DNA of 64,000 nucleotides, from assembly GCA_041661685.1 (NCBI GenBank), contig JBAZTY010000003.1, positions 4,606 to 68,605 of the forward strand. The letters run 5' to 3'. This DNA comes from Patescibacteria group bacterium (lineage in GTDB: Bacteria; Patescibacteriota; Patescibacteriia; Patescibacteriales; UBA12465). A program made the translations under genes and the position numbers. Below the pieces are notes generated by a model. It was not told where the DNA came from and did not search any database. It saw only the letters and a list, made by a program, of their open reading frames with translations. Numbering within the stretch: position 1 is the stretch's first letter; each line of letters begins with the position of its first letter. Below are positions 26,618-34,797 of the stretch, one piece after another.

Positions 26618-26702
26618 CGGAGAGAGAGGGATTCGAACCCTCGGTACCTTGCGGTACACAGACTTTCCAGGTCTGCGCACTAGACCGCTATGCGACCTCT
26701 CC
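26618..26702 (-). tRNA. tRNA-Ser (anticodon GGA)
   Basis: Minus strand reads GGAGAGG ... CAGAC-CTGGAAA-GTCTG ... long variable arm (GTACCGCAAGGTAC) ... GGGTTCGAATCCC ... TCTCTCC-G. 85 nt. Confidence 0.85.
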
Positions 26703-26734
26703 TAAATCCGCCAAAAGGCGGAAAATATTTTATT

Positions 26735-27457
26735 TTATTTGATCAATCTTACAACTACCGTCTTCAGTCCTTCAATTTTATCGCCGTTAGAATCGGTAAA
26801 ATCATCATACGGACGCGCGCCCAGAATCATCTCTTCGCCGGCAAATACCGTCGGCGCTCCTTGAACCGTATAAGTTTCCGCTTCCTGGACTAACTGTTCT
26901 ATTTTTACTGATTTTTGGCTCTTAGTCAAGCAAGCCGTAAAATCACCGTCATTCAGGCCGATTTGTTCGGCATAAGAGCTAAAATTACCGGCATTCAGCT
27001 GCTTATTGCTAGTCTGAGCGAATAATAAGGCTCTCATCTCAATCCATTTATTTTGTTCGCCGGCGCAATCAACGGCCGCCTGCGCTTGGCTAGCTAAAGG
27101 CGAATTCTTGAAATAGGGACGGATTACAATAGCGACTTTATCGTCGGATTCAACCCTGATCCTGTCCAAGGTTTCAGCTAATTTAGCGCTATAAATATTG
27201 GTGTAATCTTCGTAGACGAAGATCTTAAGCAAAGCGGTCGCCGAGCCAAAAATCTTGTCCTCCGTTTTCAACTCCGGATATTTAGCGGATACGAAACTCT
27301 GTGCCCGTGCTTCCGACGGCATCCCGACCAAAGGAGAATTCAAAGTGCCGACCTTTTCCGGCCGAATAATCATGGCGACGATGATGATTGCTAAGACGGC
27401 CGCCGCGGCAATCATGTACATGTAGATTTTTTTCATAAGAGAGATATAATTAATCAA
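26735..27457 (-). CDS. DsbA/thioredoxin-fold family protein lacking the CXXC active site
   Basis: The family blocks DCAGEQNKWIEMRALLF and VQGAPTVF are present. Where F.D.QCP.C is expected, the sequence reads YEDYTNIYSAKL. It has an N-terminal TM anchor. Confidence 0.65.
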   Translation of the reverse strand: MINYISLMKKIYMYMIAAAAVLAIIIVAMIIRPEKVGTLNSPLVGMPSEARAQSFVSAKYPELKTEDKIFGSATALLKIFVYEDYTNIYSAKLAETLDRIRVESDDKVAIVIRPYFKNSPLASQAQAAVDCAGEQNKWIEMRALLFAQTSNKQLNAGNFSSYAEQIGLNDGDFTACLTKSQKSVKIEQLVQEAETYTVQGAPTVFAGEEMILGARPYDDFTDSNGDKIEGLKTVVVRLIK

Positions 27458-27481
27458 CTGAACTGCTGATTATTTTTTATT

Positions 27482-28918
27482 TTATTCTAAAATTCTAGCT
27501 ACTTTTATGACTAAGCCTTCTTTCAGACGCGGACCGACGAGCTGCGCGCCAATCGGCATGCGCTTCCCTTCTTCGACTTCTATCGTTCCGACTGAAACGG
27601 AAATCGCCGGCAAGCCGGCCAAGCTCGCGCCGACCGCAAAGACGTCTTCCAGATACATGGCTAAAGGATCATTCACTTGCTGCCCGATTTTAAAAGCCGC
27701 GTGCGGCGATGTCGGGGTTAATAAAATATCAACTTTCTTAAAAGCCTCTTCGAAATCCTTAATAATCAAAGTGCGAACGGCCTGCGCTTTTTTGTAATAA
27801 GCATCATAATAACCGGCGCTGAGAGCGTAAGTCCCGAGCATGATGCGGCGCTTCGCTTCCGGCCCAAAACCAGCGCCGCGCGTCGCCTTATAGAACTCCT
27901 GTAGATTATCAGTTTCCGTCTTAGCTAATCCCCAACCGATGCCGTCGAAGCGCGCTAAATTAGAACTGACTTCCGAGGGCGTAATAATATAATAAACCGG
28001 AATGCCATACTTCGTATAAGGCAGGCTGACCTTAACGAGTTCAGCTCCGGCCGCTTTAAGTTTATCGGCGGCCGCAATCAATCTCGCCGCCACTTCTCCG
28101 TCTAGATCTTTCAAATAATATTCCTCCGGCAAGCCGACCCTCAGGCCTTTTAAGGATTTATTCTCGGCTTCTTTCTCATAGGCATTAATCGCTTCTGGCG
28201 CAGTCGTCGCGTCACGGTCGTCATCACCGGCAATCGCTTTCAAGACTAAGGCGGCGTCATAAACAGTTTTTGCTAGAGGCCCGACTACATCGGTAGAAGA
28301 GGTCATAGATAAGAGCCCGAAGCGAGAAACGCGCCCATAACTCGGTTTTAAGCCCACGACACCGCAGAAACTAGCTGGCTGACGAATAGAGCCCCCGGTA
28401 TCGGTTCCTAGGGCAAATAGGCACATATTAGCGGCCACAGCAGCCGCGCTGCCGCCCGATGACCCTCCGGCTACCCGGCTCAAATCATAAGGATTTTTAG
28501 TCGGTCCAAAGGCGGAGTTTTCCGTCGAAGCGCCGTGGGCGAATTCGTCTAAATTAGTCTTTCCTAACATGATTGCGCCGGCAGCTTTAAGTTTTGCGAC
28601 TACGGTCGCGTCATAAGGAGCGATATAATTTTCCAATATCTTAGAAGCGGCGGTCGTCCTGATACCTTTAGTCATCAGGATATCCTTACAGAGGTAAGGA
28701 ATACCGAGCAGATCGCCGCGCTCGCCGGACTTTATTCTCTTATCGGCCGCCTCGGCTTCAGCCAGAGCTTCTTTTTCGCAGACAGTCAGACAGGCATGAA
28801 TTTCCTGATCCGCTTCTTTTATCTTTTTAAAACAGGCTCGCGCCAAATCAACGGAGCTTATTTCTCCGCTATCCAACTTCACACGCGCTTCTTTTATTGT
28901 CAGTTCGTTTAGATTCAT
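27482..28918 (-). CDS. gatA: Asp-tRNA(Asn)/Glu-tRNA(Gln) amidotransferase subunit A
   Basis: Amidase signature GGSSGGSAAAVA, GTDTGGSIRQPA, and the typical length and N-terminus. Confidence 0.92.
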   Translation of the reverse strand: MNLNELTIKEARVKLDSGEISSVDLARACFKKIKEADQEIHACLTVCEKEALAEAEAADKRIKSGERGDLLGIPYLCKDILMTKGIRTTAASKILENYIAPYDATVVAKLKAAGAIMLGKTNLDEFAHGASTENSAFGPTKNPYDLSRVAGGSSGGSAAAVAANMCLFALGTDTGGSIRQPASFCGVVGLKPSYGRVSRFGLLSMTSSTDVVGPLAKTVYDAALVLKAIAGDDDRDATTAPEAINAYEKEAENKSLKGLRVGLPEEYYLKDLDGEVAARLIAAADKLKAAGAELVKVSLPYTKYGIPVYYIITPSEVSSNLARFDGIGWGLAKTETDNLQEFYKATRGAGFGPEAKRRIMLGTYALSAGYYDAYYKKAQAVRTLIIKDFEEAFKKVDILLTPTSPHAAFKIGQQVNDPLAMYLEDVFAVGASLAGLPAISVSVGTIEVEEGKRMPIGAQLVGPRLKEGLVIKVARILE

Positions 28919-29010
28919 AAACTGCTTTTAGCTAACTATATCAATACTTTTATTTCTCCTTTAAAAAATATTTAGTTTTATTTAATCACCTGATTGTTAA
29001 ACTTATTTTC

Positions 29011-29087
29011 GGTGTGGGCCCGGGAGTGGTCCGGAGCCAAACTTAACAATTGGCTTCCCGGGGTTCGACTCCCTGCGGGTCCACACC
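29011..29087 (+). ncRNA. tRNA-like structured element (non-canonical; not a callable tRNA)
   Basis: A 12-bp terminal stem (29011..29022 with 29076..29087, one G-T). A T-arm-like CGGGG-TTCGACT-CCCTG (29059..29075). A 6-bp stem (29035..29040 with 29050..29055) with a 9-nt loop. A TGTTAAACT extended -10-like box lies 7 nt upstream. Confidence 0.3.
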
Positions 29088-29151
29088 TGGAAGGGGAAAA
29101 TTGACAAGAAAAAATAATTTGCTATAATAATATTATTGTTAAGTTTGGCTC
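29034..29151. repeat. perfect 17-bp inverted repeat flanking an 84-bp segment that contains a promoter
   Basis: GAGCCAAACTTAACAAT (29034..29050) is the exact reverse complement of ATTGTTAAGTTTGGCTC (29135..29151). Confidence 0.85.
29101..29128 (+). promoter_or_regulatory. near-consensus sigma70-type promoter
   Basis: TTGACA (29101..29106), a 16-nt spacer, then TATAAT (29123..29128). Confidence 0.55.
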
Positions 29152-29206
29152 AACCTGAACCGCAACGGAAGTATAAAAATCTCCCATCAGGGGGATTTTT
29201 TATTTT
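29135..29206 (+). ncRNA. candidate ~70-nt small RNA with intrinsic terminator, antisense to the gatC-gatA spacer
   Basis: The predicted start is ~7 nt after the -10 box. It contains a CCG-CAA-CGG hairpin. The terminator AAATCTCCC-ATCA-GGGGGATTT plus a T-run folds better on the plus strand (G-U rather than C-A). Confidence 0.35.
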
Positions 29207-29492
29207 ACAAGACTCTCTTCACCTTAACTTGACCGCCTTCCCTCTCACCCTGATTAAGCGCGGCTTCAACCTCTTCTTGGTTCCATTCGTGCACGTCATC
29301 GGCTCGCCAAATATCGCTCAGGCCGCTAACTTGCGCTGTCGGTTCGATATTCTTCGTATCGACTTCGTTGAGCTGGCTGATATATTTCAAAATAGAGTCA
29401 AGCTGGCCGCCGAATTTAGTCATCTCTTCCTCGCTGAGCTCTAAGCGCGACAGCTCGGCGATATGTTTTATCTCTTCACGGGTTATGGACAT
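29205..29492 (-). CDS. gatC: Asp-tRNA(Asn)/Glu-tRNA(Gln) amidotransferase subunit C
   Basis: 95 aa. The patterns IKHIAELSRLELSEEE and LDSILKYISQLNEVDT are typical GatC. Confidence 0.9.
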   Translation of the reverse strand: MSITREEIKHIAELSRLELSEEEMTKFGGQLDSILKYISQLNEVDTKNIEPTAQVSGLSDIWRADDVHEWNQEEVEAALNQGEREGGQVKVKRVL

Positions 29493-29493
29493 A

Positions 29494-31623
29494 TTATTTT
29501 ATCATTTTCAAAAATTCATCTTCTTCTAATATCTTTATTCCCATCCTTTTAGCGTCTTCATATTTAGATCCGGGTTCGGCGCCGACGACGACATAATCAG
29601 TTTCGCGAACGACGCTCGTTTTGACCTTCCCGCCCGCTGCCTTAATCTTATCTTTCGCCTCATCCCTTGTCAAACCGTTTAAAGAACCGGTCAGGACAAA
29701 GTTTTTTCCAAAAAATTCGCCAGGCGCAGCATTAGGGTTAGCGTTAATTCGGCCTATCTTTAAGGACACCCCGTTATCTATGAATTTCTCCATCATTTTC
29801 AGATCGGCTTCATCGCGCCAAAAATCATGAATACTTTTCGCGACTATCGGACCGACATCCGGCATATTCTCTAAATCTTCTAAACTAAAATCTTGAAAAT
29901 ATCTGATTAACTTTTTGATAGATAGGCCATTTTTATTTATAGCAGCCCTTTCTTTTATCTTCTCCGCCAATAACCCGGCCGTCTCTTCGCCGACATGCCG
30001 AATGCCTAAACCATAGATAAAGCGATCAAGGGGTAATTCACGTCGGGAAACAATCATATTGATAACATTATCCGCCTTCTTCTCAGCAAATCTTTCTAGG
30101 CTCAATAAATCCAGTTTTTTCAGAGCATATAAATCAGCTGCGTCTTTTATCAGACTATTAGTAATAAATTGCTCAATCAGCTTCGGCCCTAGGCCATCAA
30201 TATCCGCGGCGCCTTTAGAAACAAAGTGAGTGATTCGGCGCATATTAACGGCATAGCAGCGCTTATTGGCACAGCGATAAGCGACTTCCCTGGCGGCTTT
30301 AACGACTCGGCCGCCGCAAATCGGGCATTCTTTCGGCGCCTCAATCTTTTTCTCTTTTCCGCCCCGCAAATTTTTCAAGACCTCGACGACTTTAGGAATA
30401 ACATCGCCGGAACGCTCGATGATCACAGTATCGCCCAGACGCAAATCTAAGCGCCCAATCTCATCAAAATTATGCAAAGTAGAGCGGCCGATAGTGACGC
30501 CGCCGACTTTCACTGGTTCTAAGATGGCCGTCGGCGTCAGAGCGCCGGTGCGGCCAACCTGCCAGACGACATCATTTATTCTAGTCGTCGCCTGCGCAGC
30601 CGAAAATTTATAAGCCATCATATAGCGCGGCGCCTTGCCGACTATGCCGAGCGTATTCCACATCTTAAGGTCGTTAACTTTGACGACTGTGCCGTCGATC
30701 TCAAACGCCAGCGCGGCGCGTTTCTTCTCGACCTCGGCATAGAAACGGAAGACCGCTTCCAGGTCCGGACAGATTTTATTCTGCTGCAAAGTCTTAAAGC
30801 CTAAAAGATTAGCTAGGGCATCGGCTTGATCGCGACGACGAATAAGTTCTCCTCTCTCATAGTTATCCAAAAGCAAGTCATAAGCATAAAATTCCAGTTT
30901 CCGCTCAGCCGTAATCTTCGAATCTAGCTGGCGGATAGAGCCGGCGACGCCGTTGCGCGTATTGGCCAGCGGGGCTTTACCAGCGGCGACATATTTCTTA
31001 TTCAGAGCGGTAAAAGTCTTGTTGGACATAATCGCTTCTCCGCGCAGTTCTATCGTGCCTGAATCAACCAGCTCAAAAATCTTCTTCATTTCCGCGTCAG
31101 TCAAGCCGAGCTCACGCAGCTCTTTATCAGTCGGACGGCGGAGCCGCAGCGGAATACTGTTTATCGTCTTGATATTACGGGTCACGTCTTCTCCGATCTT
31201 ACCGTCGCCACGAGTTGCTCCTTGAATCAATAAGCCGTTCTTATATCTTAAATTTATCGCCAAGCCGTCTAATTTTAACTCGCAATAATATTCCGCTTTG
31301 AGCGGCCGCTTCAAATAATTATCATTCCTTTCTTTCCAAGCGCGCATATCCCCTTCGCTAAAAGCATCGAAGAGAGAAATCATGGGACTAGAATGCGTTA
31401 CCTTCTTAAATTTATCTGAGGCCGCTCCGGCCACGCGCTGGGTTGGAGAATCAGGAGTAATGAGCTCCGGGAATTCATTTTCGAGACGGAAAAGATCATT
31501 CTTCAAGCTATCTAGAGCCGCCGGAGAGATGGTCTCCTGGTCGAGGACATGATAATTATAGCGAAGAAGATCTATCTCCGCTTTTAGCTTATCTATTCTA
31601 TTTTTAACTTCATTTTTGTTCAT
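29494..31623 (-). CDS. ligA: NAD-dependent DNA ligase
   Basis: Adenylation motif CELKLDGLA, a Zn-finger CPICGG ... C, HhH repeats and a C-terminal BRCT-like FVLTGSL. 709 aa. Confidence 0.95.
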   Translation of the reverse strand: MNKNEVKNRIDKLKAEIDLLRYNYHVLDQETISPAALDSLKNDLFRLENEFPELITPDSPTQRVAGAASDKFKKVTHSSPMISLFDAFSEGDMRAWKERNDNYLKRPLKAEYYCELKLDGLAINLRYKNGLLIQGATRGDGKIGEDVTRNIKTINSIPLRLRRPTDKELRELGLTDAEMKKIFELVDSGTIELRGEAIMSNKTFTALNKKYVAAGKAPLANTRNGVAGSIRQLDSKITAERKLEFYAYDLLLDNYERGELIRRRDQADALANLLGFKTLQQNKICPDLEAVFRFYAEVEKKRAALAFEIDGTVVKVNDLKMWNTLGIVGKAPRYMMAYKFSAAQATTRINDVVWQVGRTGALTPTAILEPVKVGGVTIGRSTLHNFDEIGRLDLRLGDTVIIERSGDVIPKVVEVLKNLRGGKEKKIEAPKECPICGGRVVKAAREVAYRCANKRCYAVNMRRITHFVSKGAADIDGLGPKLIEQFITNSLIKDAADLYALKKLDLLSLERFAEKKADNVINMIVSRRELPLDRFIYGLGIRHVGEETAGLLAEKIKERAAINKNGLSIKKLIRYFQDFSLEDLENMPDVGPIVAKSIHDFWRDEADLKMMEKFIDNGVSLKIGRINANPNAAPGEFFGKNFVLTGSLNGLTRDEAKDKIKAAGGKVKTSVVRETDYVVVGAEPGSKYEDAKRMGIKILEEDEFLKMIK

Positions 31624-31641
31624 AACCTATCTTAATTATAA

Positions 31642-31665
31642 CACAAAACCCTGCTTTTGACAGGG
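31642..31665. terminator. hairpin terminator sharing a 24-nt identical core with 32803..32826
   Basis: CACAAAACCCTGCTTTTGACAGGG has a CCCTG/CAGGG stem. On the minus strand it is followed by TTTTGTG, downstream of gene 31746..32240. Confidence 0.6.
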
Positions 31666-31745
31666 TCTAATTATGGCTAGAAACCGGCTGCGGAGAATAA
31701 AAAAGGCTTGTTTTTTCAACAAGCCTTTCACAGTTAAAATACTAT

Positions 31746-32240
31746 TCAAAAAATTCTGACTGGGTCATGATTTCGATTCGCCTTTTTAGGGGCCGACTCA
31801 TCATCCCAAGGATAAAATTGGACTTGGAAATCAAAGATGTATTTCTTGTTCGCCTGCACTATGATAGTATAGGCGTTCGGGATACGATTATAGCCTAGGG
31901 TTTGCCAAGGATACAATATCTTGTCTCTAATCCAATAAACTGCAACAATTTTAACTTTTTTTCCTATCAATATTCGAGCTTCGGCTCCTCGAAAAACTTT
32001 AGTAATTCCAGGAGTTATATCAATACCGGTGGTATCGCCACAGCCCAAATCAGTGACTATCCTGACGACCTTAACATCGACTACATAATCTGAGGTAACG
32101 GGTTGCAGCTCTTTTACGGAAAAAGTGAAAGCAACAGTATCTTCAGAAGCAGCCAGATTAAACCCATCAGAAGCGTTGACTGTATTCGCGCCGATCATGA
32201 CTATCATGATCATGGCCGAAATAAATAAATTCTTTTTCAT
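31746..32240 (-). CDS. secreted hypothetical protein (164 aa), paralog of 32259..32717
   Basis: Signal peptide. It shares architecture and blocks with its neighbour (TF..S...L.P ... ILIGKKVKIV vs MLIGKEVLIT ... YIFDFQV vs YDFNFDV). Confidence 0.6.
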   Translation of the reverse strand: MKKNLFISAMIMIVMIGANTVNASDGFNLAASEDTVAFTFSVKELQPVTSDYVVDVKVVRIVTDLGCGDTTGIDITPGITKVFRGAEARILIGKKVKIVAVYWIRDKILYPWQTLGYNRIPNAYTIIVQANKKYIFDFQVQFYPWDDESAPKKANRNHDPVRIF

Positions 32241-32258
32241 GATTTATCGTTCTTTTTT

Positions 32259-32717
32259 CTACAAGGGGGTGAAGGCAACGTCAAAATTGAAATCATAGCT
32301 CTTATTCTTCTCGACTATGAAGCGCGCGGGCGCCGGATCAAAAGAAGTCTTAAAGTATTCACTTCTAACATAAGGTTGCCACGAGTAAACATAAAAAACA
32401 TTTACTTCGGGAGTAATAAGCACTTCTTTTCCGATTAACATCTTAGCATTATCACCTTTGAGCGTTACCGCAGTGTATGAGTTAAGGTCAACCTGGAAAA
32501 AATCCGTACCGTCATCCAAGATGACGCTAACGATGCAGGCATTTGCATAATATCGATCCCAATCGAAAGGAGTCAATAAATCAAAGGAAAGACGGAAAGT
32601 TACGCTATCATTCGCTTCCTGGATAATATTATTATCCGGATTAAAGGAATCATCCTTCTTGCTGCAGCCAGTAGCGATTATCGCCACCATGGCTAAAAAG
32701 AAAAGGGTCTTTTTCAT
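32259..32717 (-). CDS. lipoprotein-like hypothetical protein (152 aa), paralog of 31746..32240
   Basis: Lipobox-like IATGC after the signal sequence. Colinear similarity to the adjacent gene. Confidence 0.6.
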   Translation of the reverse strand: MKKTLFFLAMVAIIATGCSKKDDSFNPDNNIIQEANDSVTFRLSFDLLTPFDWDRYYANACIVSVILDDGTDFFQVDLNSYTAVTLKGDNAKMLIGKEVLITPEVNVFYVYSWQPYVRSEYFKTSFDPAPARFIVEKNKSYDFNFDVAFTPL

Positions 32718-32802
32718 GACATATTCTTATTTTAAGGTTCTTTTTTCACTGTTAACTTTATACAAACATTATATAACATTTATCAGATTTTGTCAACTAA
32801 AC

Positions 32803-32832
32803 CACAAAACCCTGCTTTTGACAGGGTTTTGT
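32803..32832. terminator. perfect 11-bp hairpin terminator (second copy of the 24-nt core)
   Basis: ACAAAACCCTG-CTTTTGA-CAGGGTTTTGT, downstream of the minus-strand gene 32856..33083. Confidence 0.65.
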
Positions 32833-32855
32833 AAGTAAATTCGAGGATTTTCTTA

Positions 32856-33083
32856 TTATTTGACGTCCGGAGTGGTCGGAGTGGTCTGTTGACCCTGTCC
32901 ACTGGCATTATTGATGAAAGTGACGATATCGCTGACAGCTTTGGTATTCTGAGAAACGGCTGTTTCAATCTGAGCCATGGCATTAGCCGCATTATTCAAG
33001 CGGGTATTGAATTGCCAGAAGACCATAACTAAGCCTCCGAGGATAAGACCGACGACTAATGGAAAAACAAATTCTCTTTTCAT
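32856..33083 (-). CDS. small single-TM protein (75 aa), paralog of 33139..33345
   Basis: Internal start MKREFVFPLVVGLILGG is preferred over the 105-aa track ORF. It shares a TM plus a V.DIV.FIN-type C-terminal pattern with its neighbour. Confidence 0.5.
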   Translation of the reverse strand: MKREFVFPLVVGLILGGLVMVFWQFNTRLNNAANAMAQIETAVSQNTKAVSDIVTFINNASGQGQQTTPTTPDVK

Positions 33084-33138
33084 AGTTTTATTATTTAGTT
33101 CGCGGCGGGAAGCGAAAGCGGCCGCCGGACTGATTATA

Positions 33139-33345
33139 TTATTTTTTGTTAGTCTGGGCATTGAGGTTGGCATTAAAGAAATTAACGATCGCAGTGATCT
33201 TGCTAGAATCTTCGACAGTCGCGGTCTGAACTGCCATCAGTTTCTTCTCAATCTTATTGACAGAGAAATAGAAATAAACGAACATGGCTCCGATAAGCGC
33301 CAAACCGATGACGATTAACAGCGGACCGATTAATGATTTTTTCAT
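33139..33345 (-). CDS. small single-TM protein (68 aa)
   Basis: MKKSLIGPLLIVIGLALIGAMFVYF is a TM segment. AIVNFFNANL parallels DIVTFINNAS in the downstream paralog. Confidence 0.5.
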   Translation of the reverse strand: MKKSLIGPLLIVIGLALIGAMFVYFYFSVNKIEKKLMAVQTATVEDSSKITAIVNFFNANLNAQTNKK

Positions 33346-33433
33346 AGTAATGAAAGAAAATTTAATTTAAGAAACTTTTCCTATTATAACAATTCCGCGA
33401 ACAAGGGTCAAATATTGAGACAGAAAATGGTAA

Positions 33434-34768
33434 TTATTTATTCATCTCTAAAATCGTAATCCTAGTCTCGAGCTGATCAATCTTTTTCTGCTGCTCCTTG
33501 ACGGCTTCGATGAGCGGCGCGACTAAGTTCCCGTATTGAACCGCTTTGATATTTCCGTCTGCGGGAACTACTAGCTCTGGAAAAACCTTTTCCACTTCCT
33601 GAGCGATAAGACCGACTCCCGGCGTATTGTCTTTCTTCCAATCAAAAGTAACCCCACGCAATTGCAGTATTTTATTCAATGAGTTATCGATAGTCTTTAT
33701 ATTTTTTTTCAAATTTCTGTCAGAGATATAGACAAACGCCGTCGCTTCGACACTGCTTCCAAAATGACCTTTGCCAGTGAAATATCCAGCAAAACCATCG
33801 CTAGGCGCTTCTCCATAAATACCCTTTGATCCAGCGCCAGTCGCCACGCCATGAACGCCAATATTAGTACCGGTACCAAGCATACCTCGGTCACTACCAC
33901 TACCAACAACCCCGATTTGAGCATTTCCAGAAACACCATAACTTGAGCCGGTACCAACGACTCCCGTTCCGCTAGCGCTAGTACCCCATACCGCAATGAC
34001 TGCATCAGGAGTATTTACTTGTAACCTTGCAATAGTCGGATTAGTCGTACCGATACCGACGTTGCCACTAACCGGCATTAAAGACATATTTCCATTAGGA
34101 GCGACGGTCAGGACGTTTTGCGCCCGAGTGTAGTCATAAATACCAAAATTGTTGGTATTATTTTTAAAGATTTGCCATTTAGTAGTTCCATTATCTTTAA
34201 ACATGATTCCAAAAACTTGCGCCGAAGACGGGGTATTAAAAATAACTTCTGCTCCGGTACCACCAGCGTCCATTTGCAATTTTCCTTGAGGATTCGTCGT
34301 CCCAACCCCGACGTTCGTCCCGTTATCATAAATGATGCTGCTCCCTAAAGCGGAGGTGCCGGTCCATTTACTCATATAACTAGCCGTTCCCGATCCGGTC
34401 AGGCCACCAGTTGAAGCTAAGGTACAAGACTCAACCGCGCCGTTCGCGGCTATTCCCAGAGGGTAATAGCCGGCCGAACAATTAGCCGGATTAGCAGCTA
34501 AAGCATTGGCGGTCGTAGCTGAACCGGCGGTCGTAGCTGAACCGGCGGTCGTAGCTGAACCGGCAGTGGCCGCATAAGTCGCCGTGACCGCATTCCCCTC
34601 ATAACTAGCCCAATTAATGATGCGATTCGGCGAGCCGGTAAAAGTAATGGATTGGCTCGGAGCGATGACTGCGCCCGACTGAAAAGTCGGAGCGACTGCC
34701 CGAACGATCAGGAAACCAAAAAAGATTACCAGCCCCGACGCAAAAAAAATGAAAGTTTTTTTTGACAT
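33434..34768 (-). CDS. tail-fibre-like surface protein with C-terminal S74-type intramolecular chaperone domain
   Basis: C-terminal SDRNLKKNI...LRGVTFDWK...GLIAQEVEKVFPELV...YGNLVAPLIEAVKEQQ matches the endosialidase/tail-spike chaperone domain. It has an N-terminal TM/signal and GNVGIGTTNP motifs. Confidence 0.75.
   Translation of the reverse strand: MSKKTFIFFASGLVIFFGFLIVRAVAPTFQSGAVIAPSQSITFTGSPNRIINWASYEGNAVTATYAATAGSATTAGSATTAGSATTANALAANPANCSAGYYPLGIAANGAVESCTLASTGGLTGSGTASYMSKWTGTSALGSSIIYDNGTNVGVGTTNPQGKLQMDAGGTGAEVIFNTPSSAQVFGIMFKDNGTTKWQIFKNNTNNFGIYDYTRAQNVLTVAPNGNMSLMPVSGNVGIGTTNPTIARLQVNTPDAVIAVWGTSASGTGVVGTGSSYGVSGNAQIGVVGSGSDRGMLGTGTNIGVHGVATGAGSKGIYGEAPSDGFAGYFTGKGHFGSSVEATAFVYISDRNLKKNIKTIDNSLNKILQLRGVTFDWKKDNTPGVGLIAQEVEKVFPELVVPADGNIKAVQYGNLVAPLIEAVKEQQKKIDQLETRITILEMNK
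34509..34562. repeat. perfect 3 x 18-bp tandem repeat inside the coding sequence
   Basis: GCGGTCGTAGCTGAACCG x3 on the plus strand, encoding (GSATTA)3 in the minus-strand gene. Confidence 0.9.
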
Positions 34769-34797
34769 AATATTATTTGAAATAATAAGCTACGAAA

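Noticed and set aside
26459-26683. 74-aa ORF from the track
   Set aside because: It is the truncated recombinase 3' fragment reading on through the antisense of tRNA-Ser(GGA), so it is treated as a pseudogene remnant rather than an independent gene.
29011-29087. Canonical tRNA, tRNA-Sec or tmRNA call for the tRNA-like element
   Set aside because: A 7-bp acceptor fold leaves 5 extra nt between the T-arm and the acceptor. The alternative 68-nt fold has a 13-nt D-region and a 9-nt anticodon loop. There is no long variable arm or TCA anticodon for Sec. There is also no tag ORF, and the spacer is too short for tmRNA.
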